Below, piece by piece: positions 1 through 8,428 of a stretch of DNA of 11,830 bases; the stretch's first letter is position 1, and every line of letters begins with the position of its first letter. The stretch is from Octopus sinensis (lineage: Eukaryota), in NCBI RefSeq assembly GCF_006345805.1, contig NW_021826946.1, forward strand, positions 1 through 11,830, read 5' to 3'. A model generated the notes under the pieces. It ran no database searches. It was not told the DNA's origin and saw only the letters and a list, made by a program, of their open reading frames with translations. A program made the position numbers and the translations under genes.

Positions 1-133
1 TATCCAGCATTCGGTTCTAACGTTGTAGACAGTGCTCACAGAGGCTCCAACAGTCTGAGCAATACGTCTAATTGCAACCCCCTGCACGAAGCAAATTTGC
101 AATGTTGTCCTCTTGGGCTCTTCATGGGGGCAT
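1..133 (-). pseudogene. Tc1/mariner transposase N-terminal helix-turn-helix fragment, frameshifted
   Basis: Manual translation from ATG at 133 across frameshifts gives MP..EEPKR./NIANLLRAG/VAIRRIAQTVGASVSTVYNVR. This fits the 'IA.LLRAG...+IA+.+G.S.STVY.V' HTH pattern of Tc1/maT-type transposases. Confidence 0.72.
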
Positions 134-279
134 GTTAGAATCGTATGACTGGAACTTCTGCTCAGAATAACTCAATCTACCTCCACTCTGAAATAAAAAA
201 CAATGTTTTAGTATTTACTCTCAGGAATATATGAGAAATAAGGCTTCCAAAATATTCCAAGTTTTGCTTCCCCACTCTG
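1..279 (-). mobile_element. 5' end of a decayed Tc1/mariner-superfamily DNA transposon, running off the window
   Basis: On the minus strand, TA (281-280) is followed by CAGAGTGGGGAAGCAAAACTTGG, a Tc1-like CAG-starting terminus. About 145 nt further on lies a transposase-like HTH reading frame. Confidence 0.72.
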
Positions 280-556
280 TATATTGAACAATATATTAAG
301 ATTCAAGTGAATAAAACTCTTAAATGGTAAGATACCGGGTTGTGTTAGCAATAGAATGCACATATAACAATTATATACGAATACCAACATTGATACTGGC
401 AGAAGGATATTTAGGTTATGTATACAACTAAGTGAACCCAACTGAGTATATCATCAGCTCTCGGGCTAATTAAGAAACGCGCATTATATTAACTATACGG
501 TCCATAATAGACTTCGGAACACATGAGGGGCAGGTTCCGAGAGCCTACCAGATCAC

Positions 557-1037
557 CTGATATCGGCCTTTCCTGGCCTTGTCAACAGTGAACGCTCAGA
601 CGCTATAGATGGCAGCGAGGTAACTCTGCTATCGATATATAGAATTATAGTGCCAGAACAGGTACTGGTGTCGCGAATAGTCAGTGGGTTTATCAATAAT
701 ATAATAAAAAAGGAAACGAAGTAAGTTTTTGACGATGAATAGCCACTGCATAGTCCCGAAAGATCCACCGTCCCATCCTTTTCATCGAAAATCATGACTA
801 TACATTGCAACAAACCAGGGTTCAAAAGCACACAGCGTTTTAATATTTGTTCAACGAAAATTACAAAACTACATGTGGATTTAGATGTATTCCAGAAGAG
901 CCTGTATAACCAAATATGTACAATTCCAAACGAACCAATGTCGTACGACGAAACGCAACAGAGAACAGCGGCATGAAACGTAAGGCGAAGCAGCACGAAT
1001 TACACTAGCGATGTTCCAGTGCAGCCGCAACCCTCGG
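557..1037 (-). other. Candidate host-gene exon, possibly the first coding exon (ATG at 795)
   Basis: A minus-strand pyrimidine tract and AG (ttttattcttttattactttgaag|) end at 1038. The sequence is non-repetitive and relatively CpG-rich, and one frame is open from 996 to 553. A CAG|GTGATC donor at 557/556 lies just before the stop. The peptide from 795 has a hydrophobic stretch YFVSFFIILLINPLTI. No recognisable homology. Confidence 0.3.
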
Positions 1038-1063
1038 CTTCAAAGTAATAAAAGAATAAAAGA

Positions 1064-1240
1064 ATGCACGCTCACACACGTAACCACGCCGTGAGACAAA
1101 TACTCACGCATATGCAAGTACGCTCTCACGTACACAAGCAAATATATGCTCACAGAAAAATACCTATAAATATATATATTGTGTATGTTTATGCGTACGT
1201 ATGCGTGCATGTAAATGATGTCTATGTTCGAATATATTCT
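1064..1240. repeat. Degenerate (CA)/(TA)/(TATG) low-complexity tract
   Basis: Alternating purine-pyrimidine sequence seen directly. Confidence 0.7.
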
Positions 1241-1331
1241 ATGCTCCATTTACTTTCATTTTAGATTATTCTATTATGTGAACATGAATGCAAAGTGCAT
1301 TTAGAGAATATATGAATTTGCTAGTAGACAT

Positions 1332-1344
1332 CGCCCTCTAGTGT
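1332..1344 (-). promoter_or_regulatory. CTCF-like motif
   Basis: The minus strand reads ACACTAGAGGGCG, against the bilaterian CTCF core CCACYAGRKGGCR. Motif resemblance only. Confidence 0.3.
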
Positions 1345-2335
1345 TGGAGTCACCGTGACCACACTGTGTGCACTAGATGCCCCACAACAAGCCTATTTAG
1401 ACGTTTTATCTGTGAAGTAACACTGAACAAATCTTTGAAACTTTCATCTTGCTGCAGGCTGGAAAATATAGCAGTATTACTTTCGGTCAATTAACGCAAA
1501 CGGTTTATTTTATATCTTATATTTTTTTTATATAACTAGAGAATATATAAATAGCAGAAAAGTAGGTGGGGCTTGTAAAGTTTGTAGTCTAATTAAGAAT
1601 TTTGTTTTCGATTTTTGTGCAAGTGTTCTATTGCTTTAGTAAATACAGGATATAAAATGAAATGTATAAAGAAAATGGACCAAAAGACAATATATAACAT
1701 AAACTGAAGCTCTAAACATTTCCTATACTCATTACGAGATCCAACAATTAGTATAAACCCCTTTTACTGTCCACTTGAAATAGGTTTCTCCTATCCAATA
1801 ATCGGGTTATTGCATTTCAATATCGGTTAACTCTTTAGTGATTAAAGCTCCTTTCTTGTTATCCTAAATGGGACCGAAAATGAAAAGGTTTAGTTTAGTA
1901 CAAGTTGGCTACACAATATTAAATTCTCATAAGTACGTTAATAAATTATAACTGTTCTAGAACTGAGCGCTTAATGTTATGAAATCAAAAGTTGTTATCA
2001 ATACATATGATATAATTGTCTTCCTTTTGTTTTCCACTTCGTTTGAAGATATACTGAAAACTGATAATGATTTCTCTTTGTCTGTAATGGAATCAAATTC
2101 TGCCTTCATTGATGTTCTGGAAGGTGTCTTTTATTAGTAATTCTAACACAATTTGTATAGTAATATTCATAAATTTTTCTATGGTAGAATTCTTAATGTA
2201 CTACTCAATGCCTTTTATAATCAGTTCTAAGACATTACGTCACGGGTTCAAACTTATCAAACTGACAAAGCTGTTCACCACTGATACCCGGAAAACAGAT
2301 AGAGGAGAGAAGATGTGATATGCAAACAGCTGTAA

Positions 2336-2391
2336 CTGAGGAGCAGAGGACATCACTGTGTGATTTAGCAGATGAGCTGGGAAAACGCGTC
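2336..2391 (+). ncRNA. Degenerate type I hammerhead-ribozyme-like motif (Penelope terminal-repeat type)
   Basis: CTGAGGA (2336-2342), GCAG...CTGG as imperfect stem II, GAAA (2381-2384), then ACGCGTC (palindromic stem III plus GUC). It lies about 80 nt from the end of the Penelope endonuclease remnant. Stem I is poor and there is one extra A. Confidence 0.4.
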
Positions 2392-2469
2392 GTAGTGTAA
2401 TAGTGTAATGAGTAAACCTTACTAAACAAATATATGTTCTTTTCAGCTTTTAGGTTATTTAAAACGTTT

Positions 2470-2966
2470 TAACAATCATTTTTATTTGCGACATGAAAAT
2501 ACATCATCATTGAACGGATGTTGAATATGGAACCGTGGTAAAACAATATATTAATTTTCTCTGACAGGCAAAAGTCACAACCGTAGTTTCCCTCTTTATA
2601 AGGTTTGGCATATTGGAATATGCTCCAAACAATTACACAGTCACTAATATAATCATCTTTCGGGGATATACGTATTTTGATAAACCTGTATCCAAATACT
2701 CTTTCGGATTTCTATAAGAATTTACATACTGGTTAAAACAATTGCAAATTATTTTCTGTTAATCAGATATAATATTTGTAGAATGATTTATTACTTGTAA
2801 ATTTTTTCTGACAATAAACTATAAAGATTGAAGATCATGAGTTATTACATGAGCAATTTTACAGGCTAAATCTGTTGCAACACAGGAAGTATTAGATGTG
2901 GATGGTTTTTTTGAGAATTTTACTAGTGATATTTCTTGTTTCTCTAGCAATATTATGTGAGCTGCT
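2470..2966 (-). pseudogene. Penelope-like retroelement GIY-YIG endonuclease domain, decayed
   Basis: Manual translation across stops and frameshifts gives a Cys-rich linker (CSCNNS), then IVY (2822-2814) in frame with KYYI*LTENN (YIG with G to stop at 2765). It continues FNQYVNSYRNPKEYLDTGLSKYVY, IVWSIFQYAKPYKEGNYGCDFCLSEKINILF, FNIRS and SCRK. This is the characteristic motif order of the PLE endonuclease C-terminus. Confidence 0.88.
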
Positions 2967-3064
2967 AAGGTGGCGAACCGGCAGAATCTTTAGCGTTCCG
3001 TGCAAAATGCGTAGGTGTATTTTGACGTTCTGAGTGCAAATTCCAACGAGTCGAGGTCGACTGC
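2967..3064 (+). mobile_element. tRNA-derived SINE family A, 5' fragment
   Basis: aaggtggcgaaccggcagaatctttagc...gttctgagtgcaaattcc...gaggtcgact aligns by eye to the 5' half of the copies at 3619-3832 and 9190-9390. Confidence 0.85.
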
Positions 3065-3067
3065 TCT

Positions 3068-3101
3068 TATTATATATTATATATATATAATATATATATA
3101 T

Positions 3102-3143
<42 letters not shown>

Positions 3144-3200
3144 TGTGTGTGTGTGTGTGTGTGTCTGTGAGTGTATATATATATATATAATATATATGTA
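3068..3200. repeat. (TA)n/(TG)n compound microsatellite
   Basis: Seen directly. Confidence 0.95.
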
Positions 3201-3265
3201 TATTCGTCGCTTAAAGTTGACATTACATATATATATATAATATATATATATATCTATATATATTT

Positions 3266-3378
3266 ATAAGTACTAGGTTAAAAATAAAGTCCTGGCTTCG
3301 GTTTCTTTGACTAGAACCTTTCAAGGCGGTGCTCCTGCATGGCTGCATCAAGTAGAAGGATAAAAGTATAAAAGAATT
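3266..3378 (+). mobile_element. SINE family B, 3' fragment
   Basis: ataagtactagg...aaggcggtgctcctgcatggctgca...taaaag tail is the reverse complement of the 3' parts of the copies at 5970-6394 and 6515-7208. Confidence 0.8.
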
Positions 3379-3485
3379 TATATGTATATATACAATTGCA
3401 ATGTGGAAGGTGTTTACAAGCCATTTAAAAAAAACAATCAACACCCCCTCCCCTTGATTCACTTCAACTTTTAAACTTAATTTGT

Positions 3486-3530
3486 GTGAAAATATTTTCG
3501 TCACTTTGAAACTGTGACCTGTTCACTGAC
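3486..3530 (-). ncRNA. Minimal type I hammerhead-like motif with a G3:C8-swapped core
   Basis: The minus strand reads gtca-GTGAACA-g-GTCAC-agtttcaaa-GTGAC-GAA-AATATT-T-tcac. Stem II is a perfect 5 bp, stem III is palindromic, and stem I pairs at 3 of 4 positions. Confidence 0.55.
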
Positions 3531-3618
3531 GAAATTTTTTATTACAATTGAAAATCGGAATTCGGTTTTTCTACTCAAGTTTCATGCCGTAGCGATCTCC
3601 ACGTAAAAGATCACAATT

Positions 3619-3832
3619 CTTTTCTACTCTAGACACAAGGCTCCAAATTTTTGGAAAGGGTGCCAGTCGATTGGATTGACCTCAGTACGCAACTGGTACT
3701 TAATTTATCGACCCCGAAAGGATGAAAGGCAAAGTCGACCTCGGCGGAATTTGAACTCAGAACGTAAAGACAGACGGAATACCGCTAAGCATTTCACCCG
3801 ACGTGCTAACGTTTCTGCCAGCTCGCCACCTT
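3619..3832 (-). mobile_element. Full-length tRNA-derived SINE family A with a 16-bp TSD
   Basis: A-box-like TGGCAGAAACG and B-box-like GTTCAAATTCC. The central GCCTTTCATCCTTTCGGGGTCGATAAATTAAGTACCAG resembles the Meta-SINE domain. Exact flanking direct repeat GTAAAAGATCACAATT at 3603-3618 and 3833-3848. Confidence 0.95.
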
Positions 3833-3962
3833 GTAAAAGATCACAATTACGTGAAACTCGAGTCGCGAGACAAGGTCTCTTTTTCTTTTTCCATTAAAAA
3901 AAGTCCATAACTCTGTAACCTGTTTGAGCACTCCCTTCTCATTCAACTTTAAGCGACGAACG

Positions 3963-4072
3963 TATATATATATATTTACATATATATCCTTACCATCTAT
4001 CTATCTATCATCATCTATCTCTCTATATATATATATATATGTATATATATAATATATAGTATATACGTATAC

Positions 4073-4104
<32 letters not shown>

Positions 4105-4125
4105 ATATTATATATATATATACAT

Positions 4126-4161
<36 letters not shown>

Positions 4162-4212
4162 CATATACATATATATATAATATACATATTATAATAATAT
4201 ATACGACACATA

Positions 4213-4262
<50 letters not shown>

Positions 4263-4293
4263 TATATATATATTATATATATATATTATATAT
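3963..4293. repeat. (TA)n-dominated microsatellite with a short (ATCT)n
   Basis: Seen directly. Confidence 0.95.
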
Positions 4294-4502
4294 ATTTTCT
4301 ATCCCAGGCTCAGAGCCAGAATTTTGGGGTGCTGGGCTACGTTTATCACATAGACTCCAGTGTTTAACTGGTACTCAGTTTATTGTCTCAGAAATTATGA
4401 AAGTCGTAGTCGATCTTAACGGAATTTGAACTCAAAACATAAAAGACGTATGAAATGTCGCTAAGCATTGTTCAGCGTGCTAACGATTCTGCCAGCTCGC
4501 CA
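4294..4502 (-). mobile_element. SINE family A, diverged near-full-length copy
   Basis: ggaatttgaactca...gctaagcatt...gtgctaacgattctgccagctcgcc matches 3619-3832. Confidence 0.88.
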
Positions 4503-4504
4503 AG

Positions 4505-4695
4505 CTATACCAGCCGCCGAAGTGGACAGCACTGCATAGTACCAGCGATCCCGAATAAAGACCCATCACTACAACATCTTGCCTTTCAAGGGTCCACGAC
4601 TATTCAACATTCTTCCAAAACAACGTTAAGTATTTACAGGGTGTAAATGTAGCGGTCGCCAAGGAGAGACTTGACCTATTTTTATCTGAAATACG
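4505..4695 (+). mobile_element. CR1-type LINE ORF2 C-terminal fragment
   Basis: Translation across frameshifts gives RRSGQHCIVPAIP...LAF/KGPRLFNILPKQ/KYLQGVNVAVAKERLDLFLSEI. This matches the 'GR.C.VP...F..GP+LFN.LP..+......FK..LD.FL' tail of CR1-group ORF2. Confidence 0.8.
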
Positions 4696-4719
4696 TTTTT
4701 TTTTTTGGTGTCCTGTACC

Positions 4720-5060
4720 CATATATGCATGTATATATACATGTAGATGTAGGTACGTATATATATGTATGTATATATGCATTTTTTTTTTATTATAATT
4801 TGTTATATATATATTATATTTATATATTCGATTCGATTAGTTTGGTTTCGTTTCGTTCTTCTCTTCTCTAAGTGGTTTATATATAATATATTATATATAT
4901 ATATATAATATATATAATATAGTGAATATATCGTGCTTATGAGGTGTATGGCGGGCAATTTCACTGGCCTTGTACACACGTGCATATATATGTATGTATG
5001 GACGTTCGTATATGTAAGTATAAACGTTTGTTCTGCATATATATATATATATCTGTATTT
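4720..5060. repeat. TA-rich low-complexity region with short unique interruptions
   Basis: Seen directly. Confidence 0.75.
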
Positions 5061-5267
5061 ATGTACTTTGATATATTCAACCGAAAACTTATTCAAAGCA
5101 AAGCTAGAAATCCTGGATCTTGATATTCAATAAATTTTTTTGCTAGTAGTCTATTTGTCCCTCTGTCTTATCTCATGGTACGATATGAACATTTAACGTG
5201 GTTTTTTAGAGTCAGGGTTTTGACTGCTATTTCGGCATGTGGTGTCTCTCAGACAACCCTTATTTTT

Positions 5268-5298
<31 letters not shown>

Positions 5299-5549
5299 GA
5301 TATATTATATATATATATACATCATTTTTAACATCACACATCTATAAGAGACTCTACCTTAGGTGAACACGACGGTATTTTGCCTGTCAACGGTGTTTAT
5401 ATATTAAGTATGAAACATAGAAGTGTGTTTTGATTTACTGCTGTTTCAATTGCGTAGTGGTTTTCCTTCAGGGTTTACTGTAATCAAATTTGTCATAGAT
5501 TTCTTCGAATGCAAACTTTTTTTCCTTAATGGTTATTTTTTACTCGTTG

Positions 5550-5935
5550 TATTAAATTGCCATAATTTTCCTCTTCCTTTCCCTTTATTTAGTTTTACTT
5601 TCCTTCTTTGTCTTATATGTTTTCCTGTTCTCCTCTCCTTTCTTCGTCATCGTTTCCGTTTTCTTTTACTTCTTCTGCCCTTCCTTTTTTTATTGTAATC
5701 TTTCTCCTTCTGTTACCCGTTCTCCTAAACTTCTTCCACTTTAAATAATCGGTGATTCACAATCATTTCCTTCTGTACCCTAGTTTCTTCTTTTCGTTGA
5801 CCATACTCTGCTATGCCCTTTCATTCTATCTTTCCCATTTTACCCACCTTCTTTCACTAATTTATTTCCCTTCACCATCCTTCTCATTTTATACATTTAT
5901 CTCTCATTTTGATTCTTCACGTAGCTTTACTCTCC
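5550..5935. repeat. Pyrimidine-rich (CT/CTT-like) low-complexity tract
   Basis: Strong C/T strand bias with no fixed period. Confidence 0.8.
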
Positions 5936-5969
5936 ATGGCAATCTTACAAACCATCCAAAATCAAACCA

Positions 5970-6394
5970 TCTCTCTTTACTCTCTTTTACTCTTTTAATC
6001 TTTTACTTATTTCAGCCATTTGACTGTGGCCATGCTGGAGCACCGCCTTTAGTCGAGCAAATCGACCCCAGAACTTATTCTTTGTAAGCCTAGTACTTAT
6101 TCTATCGGTCTCTTTTGCCGAACTGCTAAGTTACGGCGAAGTAAACACACCAGTATTGGTTGTCAAGCGATGTTGGGGGGACAAACACAGATGCACAAAC
6201 ATATACACTCACATACATACATATATACACACACATATATATGACGGGCTTCTTTCAGTTTCCGTCTACCAAATCCACTTACAAGGCAGTGGTCGGCCTG
6301 AGGCTATAGTAGAAGACACTTCGCCAAGGTGCCACGCAGTGGGACTGAACCCGGAACCATGTAGTTGGTAAGCAAGCTACTTACCACACAGCCA
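5970..6394 (-). mobile_element. tRNA-derived SINE family B, near full length, with an internal microsatellite
   Basis: The minus strand starts TGGCTGTGTGG (A box) and has GGTTCAGTCCC (B box), then ACCTTGGCGAAGTGTCTTCT (CORE-like). It has an internal (TATG/TG)n and a GAGTAAAAGA-type tandem tail. Confidence 0.93.
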
Positions 6395-6514
6395 TAATTT
6401 TGATTATGGCAATCATACAAACTATCCAAAATCAAACCACTTGCGAACAAAGTTCTAGGGTTATTCATTTAATATCCGATATTGCCTATGATTAATTGTA
6501 TATATCTTGCAAAG

Positions 6515-6820
6515 TTACTTGTTTTCTTTTACATTTTATTCTTTTACTTGTTTCATTCATTTGACTGCGGCCATGCTGGAGCACCGCATTTTAATCGAAA
6601 AAATTCAACCCCACAACTTATTCTTTTCTGAACCTAATACTGATTTTATCGATTTCCTTTGCCGACCCACAACGTTACGGGGACATAATCACATCAACAT
6701 CAGTTGTCAATCGATGGTGGTGGTGGTGGTGGGACAGACATACACACAATGGCACACACACATATATTTACATATATATATATATATATCATATATATAT
6801 ATACATACATATAATACATA

Positions 6821-6886
<66 letters not shown>

Positions 6887-6891
6887 GTATA

Positions 6892-6936
<45 letters not shown>

Positions 6937-7208
6937 TATGTATATATATATGTATATATATATATATATTATATATATATATACATATACATATGGCGAG
7001 TGGATTGGTAGATGGAAACTGAAAGAATACCCTCGTATATCCATCCTCTCTCTCCTCTCTCTCTCTGTATATATATATATACATATACGATGGGTTTCTC
7101 TCAGTTTCTGTCTACCAAATTCAGTCACTAGGCTTTAGTCGGCCCAACTCTATAGTAGAAGACACTTGTTCAAAGTGCTACGTAGTGGAACTAAATCCGG
7201 AACCATGT
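6515..7208 (-). mobile_element. SINE family B, 5'-truncated, with an expanded internal (TA)n and an inverted family fragment inside
   Basis: Colinear with 5970-6394: catttgactgcggccatgctggagcaccgc ... ctatagtagaagacactt ... ccggaaccatgt. Confidence 0.9.
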
Positions 7209-7239
7209 CTAAGTTAATCTAATCTAATCGAATCGAATC

Positions 7240-7388
7240 TGTCCTGTCTGTCTGTGTGTATGTATGTGTATGTGCGTGTAGGTATGCATACATATATATG
7301 TATATATGTGTGTGTGTGCGCGTGCACACACATACACACACACAAACACACTCACACGCACACACACACACACACATATATATATATA
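7240..7388. repeat. (TG)n/(CA)n/(TA)n compound microsatellite
   Basis: Seen directly. Confidence 0.9.
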
Positions 7389-7566
7389 GTCTTTTTAAGA
7401 GTATATCTTTCTTCAACTACCACACTTAGTGCAGGTGAACCATAGGTTATTGATACTAAAACTATTTTTAGTAACATCAATACTTCCTAAAAACACTTTA
7501 TTCATTCAGCTTGATTATTCCTTCAGCAATAAGCAATAATGGTCCCTGGTGAAATTGTGTATTAAT

Positions 7567-8067
7567 GGTTCCAGAAGATAATGAAAACCTTGCTTCGGAT
7601 CGAGTTGGATGACGAACAAAGGTGTGAAGTGGAGTGAAATTATCTGAAGAGGCTAGGACAACGCAAGACTCAAAAGAAATCTAAGGAAGAATATAAGGAT
7701 GGCGAAGGTGAATGACAATGACCTTTTTGTATGCAGAGTCTGTGACAGACCATGCCTTTCTTTTGCTGGACTCAAATCTCATCTGCCGACGAATGGAAAA
7801 CAAACCTCCACCAACTATTCTGCCTATATGTCTTTGAATGCAATGTATGCCAGAAGGTATGCAAATCCAACGGAGGCCTCAAGAGACATTTTAAGATCCA
7901 CAAAGAGCAGAACTTATCTGCAGCTCTTGATGGTCCAAATCGGTGGTGCAATCTATGAGTGTCTTTTCAGAACATTGTCTGGTTTAAAAAGCCACATCAG
8001 ATCCCATGATGGTGCTAAGTTGTAGGTACAGGAGGTGATCAGAATCTGCATAAGAAGTAGGCAACCA

Positions 8068-8070
<3 letters not shown>
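7567..8070 (+). mobile_element. RTE-type LINE 3' end with three C2H2 zinc fingers, decayed and 5'-truncated
   Basis: VPEDNENLASDRVG*RTKV*SGVKLSEEAR matches the RTE 'WE.LA.DR..WR..V..G...FE..R' motif with W to stop changes. It is followed by FVCRVCDRPCLSFAGLKSHL, FECNVCQKVCKSNGGLKRHFKIH and CNL/ECLFRTLSGLKSHIRSH in shifting frames. Stop at 8023-8025, then a short 3' UTR ending caaccacca before (TA)n. Confidence 0.88.

Positions 8071-8108
<38 letters not shown>
8071..8108. repeat. (TA)n microsatellite
   Basis: Seen directly. Confidence 0.95.
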
Positions 8109-8111
<3 letters not shown>

Positions 8112-8428
8112 AGAATTCACAAAAAAAGACAAAAGACGAGATCAGGTGGTGTAGACAACAAACAGATGTATTAGTTTAAAGCTCGGGAAGTGAAAAAATC
8201 TTTAACGTTTATATATCTTCTCTTATAACGCCACCCCTACACAATGCAACCTAACTTCCCTAGCCATCTCATCCCTTAAACTCACTCCCACATACCCCAC
8301 CTTTACCCCCCACCCTCAGCTTAACCCATACCCCACCCTTGTTTTCCCCATTCTAGCCTCCCCCACATCCCAACACCACCACACCACACATCACCATACC
8401 ACACAAAACATCCTACGCTCTTCCACAG
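8109..8428 (-). mobile_element. Interspersed repeat fragment with a hammerhead-like motif, split by a C-rich insert (8211-8411)
   Basis: Joining 8428-8412 to 8210-8199 on the minus strand gives CTGTGGA-A-GAG-CGTAGG-[gap]-AAACGTT-AAAGA. Treating the two flanks as one octopus repeat relies on my recollection of the family and is unverified. Confidence 0.5.

Larger units (their letters stand above)
3201..3962. mobile_element. Non-autonomous TIR element (MITE-like) carrying nested insertions
   Basis: Perfect 18-bp inverted repeat TTCGTCGCTTAAAGTTGA at 3203-3220 and 3943-3960. TA dinucleotides at 3199-3200 and 3963-3964. Confidence 0.7.

Noticed and set aside
451-457. Minus-strand CTGATGA hammerhead box
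   Set aside because: No stem II or GAAA follows at a suitable distance.
514-540. TCGGAAC...GTTCCGA hairpin
   Set aside because: A 7-bp stem is expected by chance and has no supporting context.
1600-2230. Possible additional decayed coding or TE sequence
   Set aside because: I could not find any recognisable protein motif on either strand by eye.
5363-5395. Possible further GTGAACA-type hammerhead (GTGAACA-c-GACGG...CTGTC-AACGGTG)
   Set aside because: The GAAA box is missing and stem I does not pair. It is too degenerate to call.
5423-6087. Hydrophobic F/L/S-rich ORFs resembling membrane proteins
   Set aside because: They are a by-product of the pyrimidine-rich tract and the SINE tail.
6330-6394. 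tRNA gene
   Set aside because: The A and B boxes belong to the SINE head and there is no complete cloverleaf.
6507-7138. Long YI/IY-repeat ORFs, also at 4023-4217 and 10222-10943
   Set aside because: These are translations of (TA)n/(CA)n microsatellites and SINE sequence.
4826-7238. ATTCGATTCGATTAG near 4826 and its reverse complement near 7224 as distant TIRs
   Set aside because: Both are short pentamer-type simple repeats, with no TSD or further similarity.
7699-8025. Stand-alone C2H2 zinc-finger gene
   Set aside because: The fingers lie in different frames directly after a stop-containing RTE C-terminal motif, so this is a LINE remnant.
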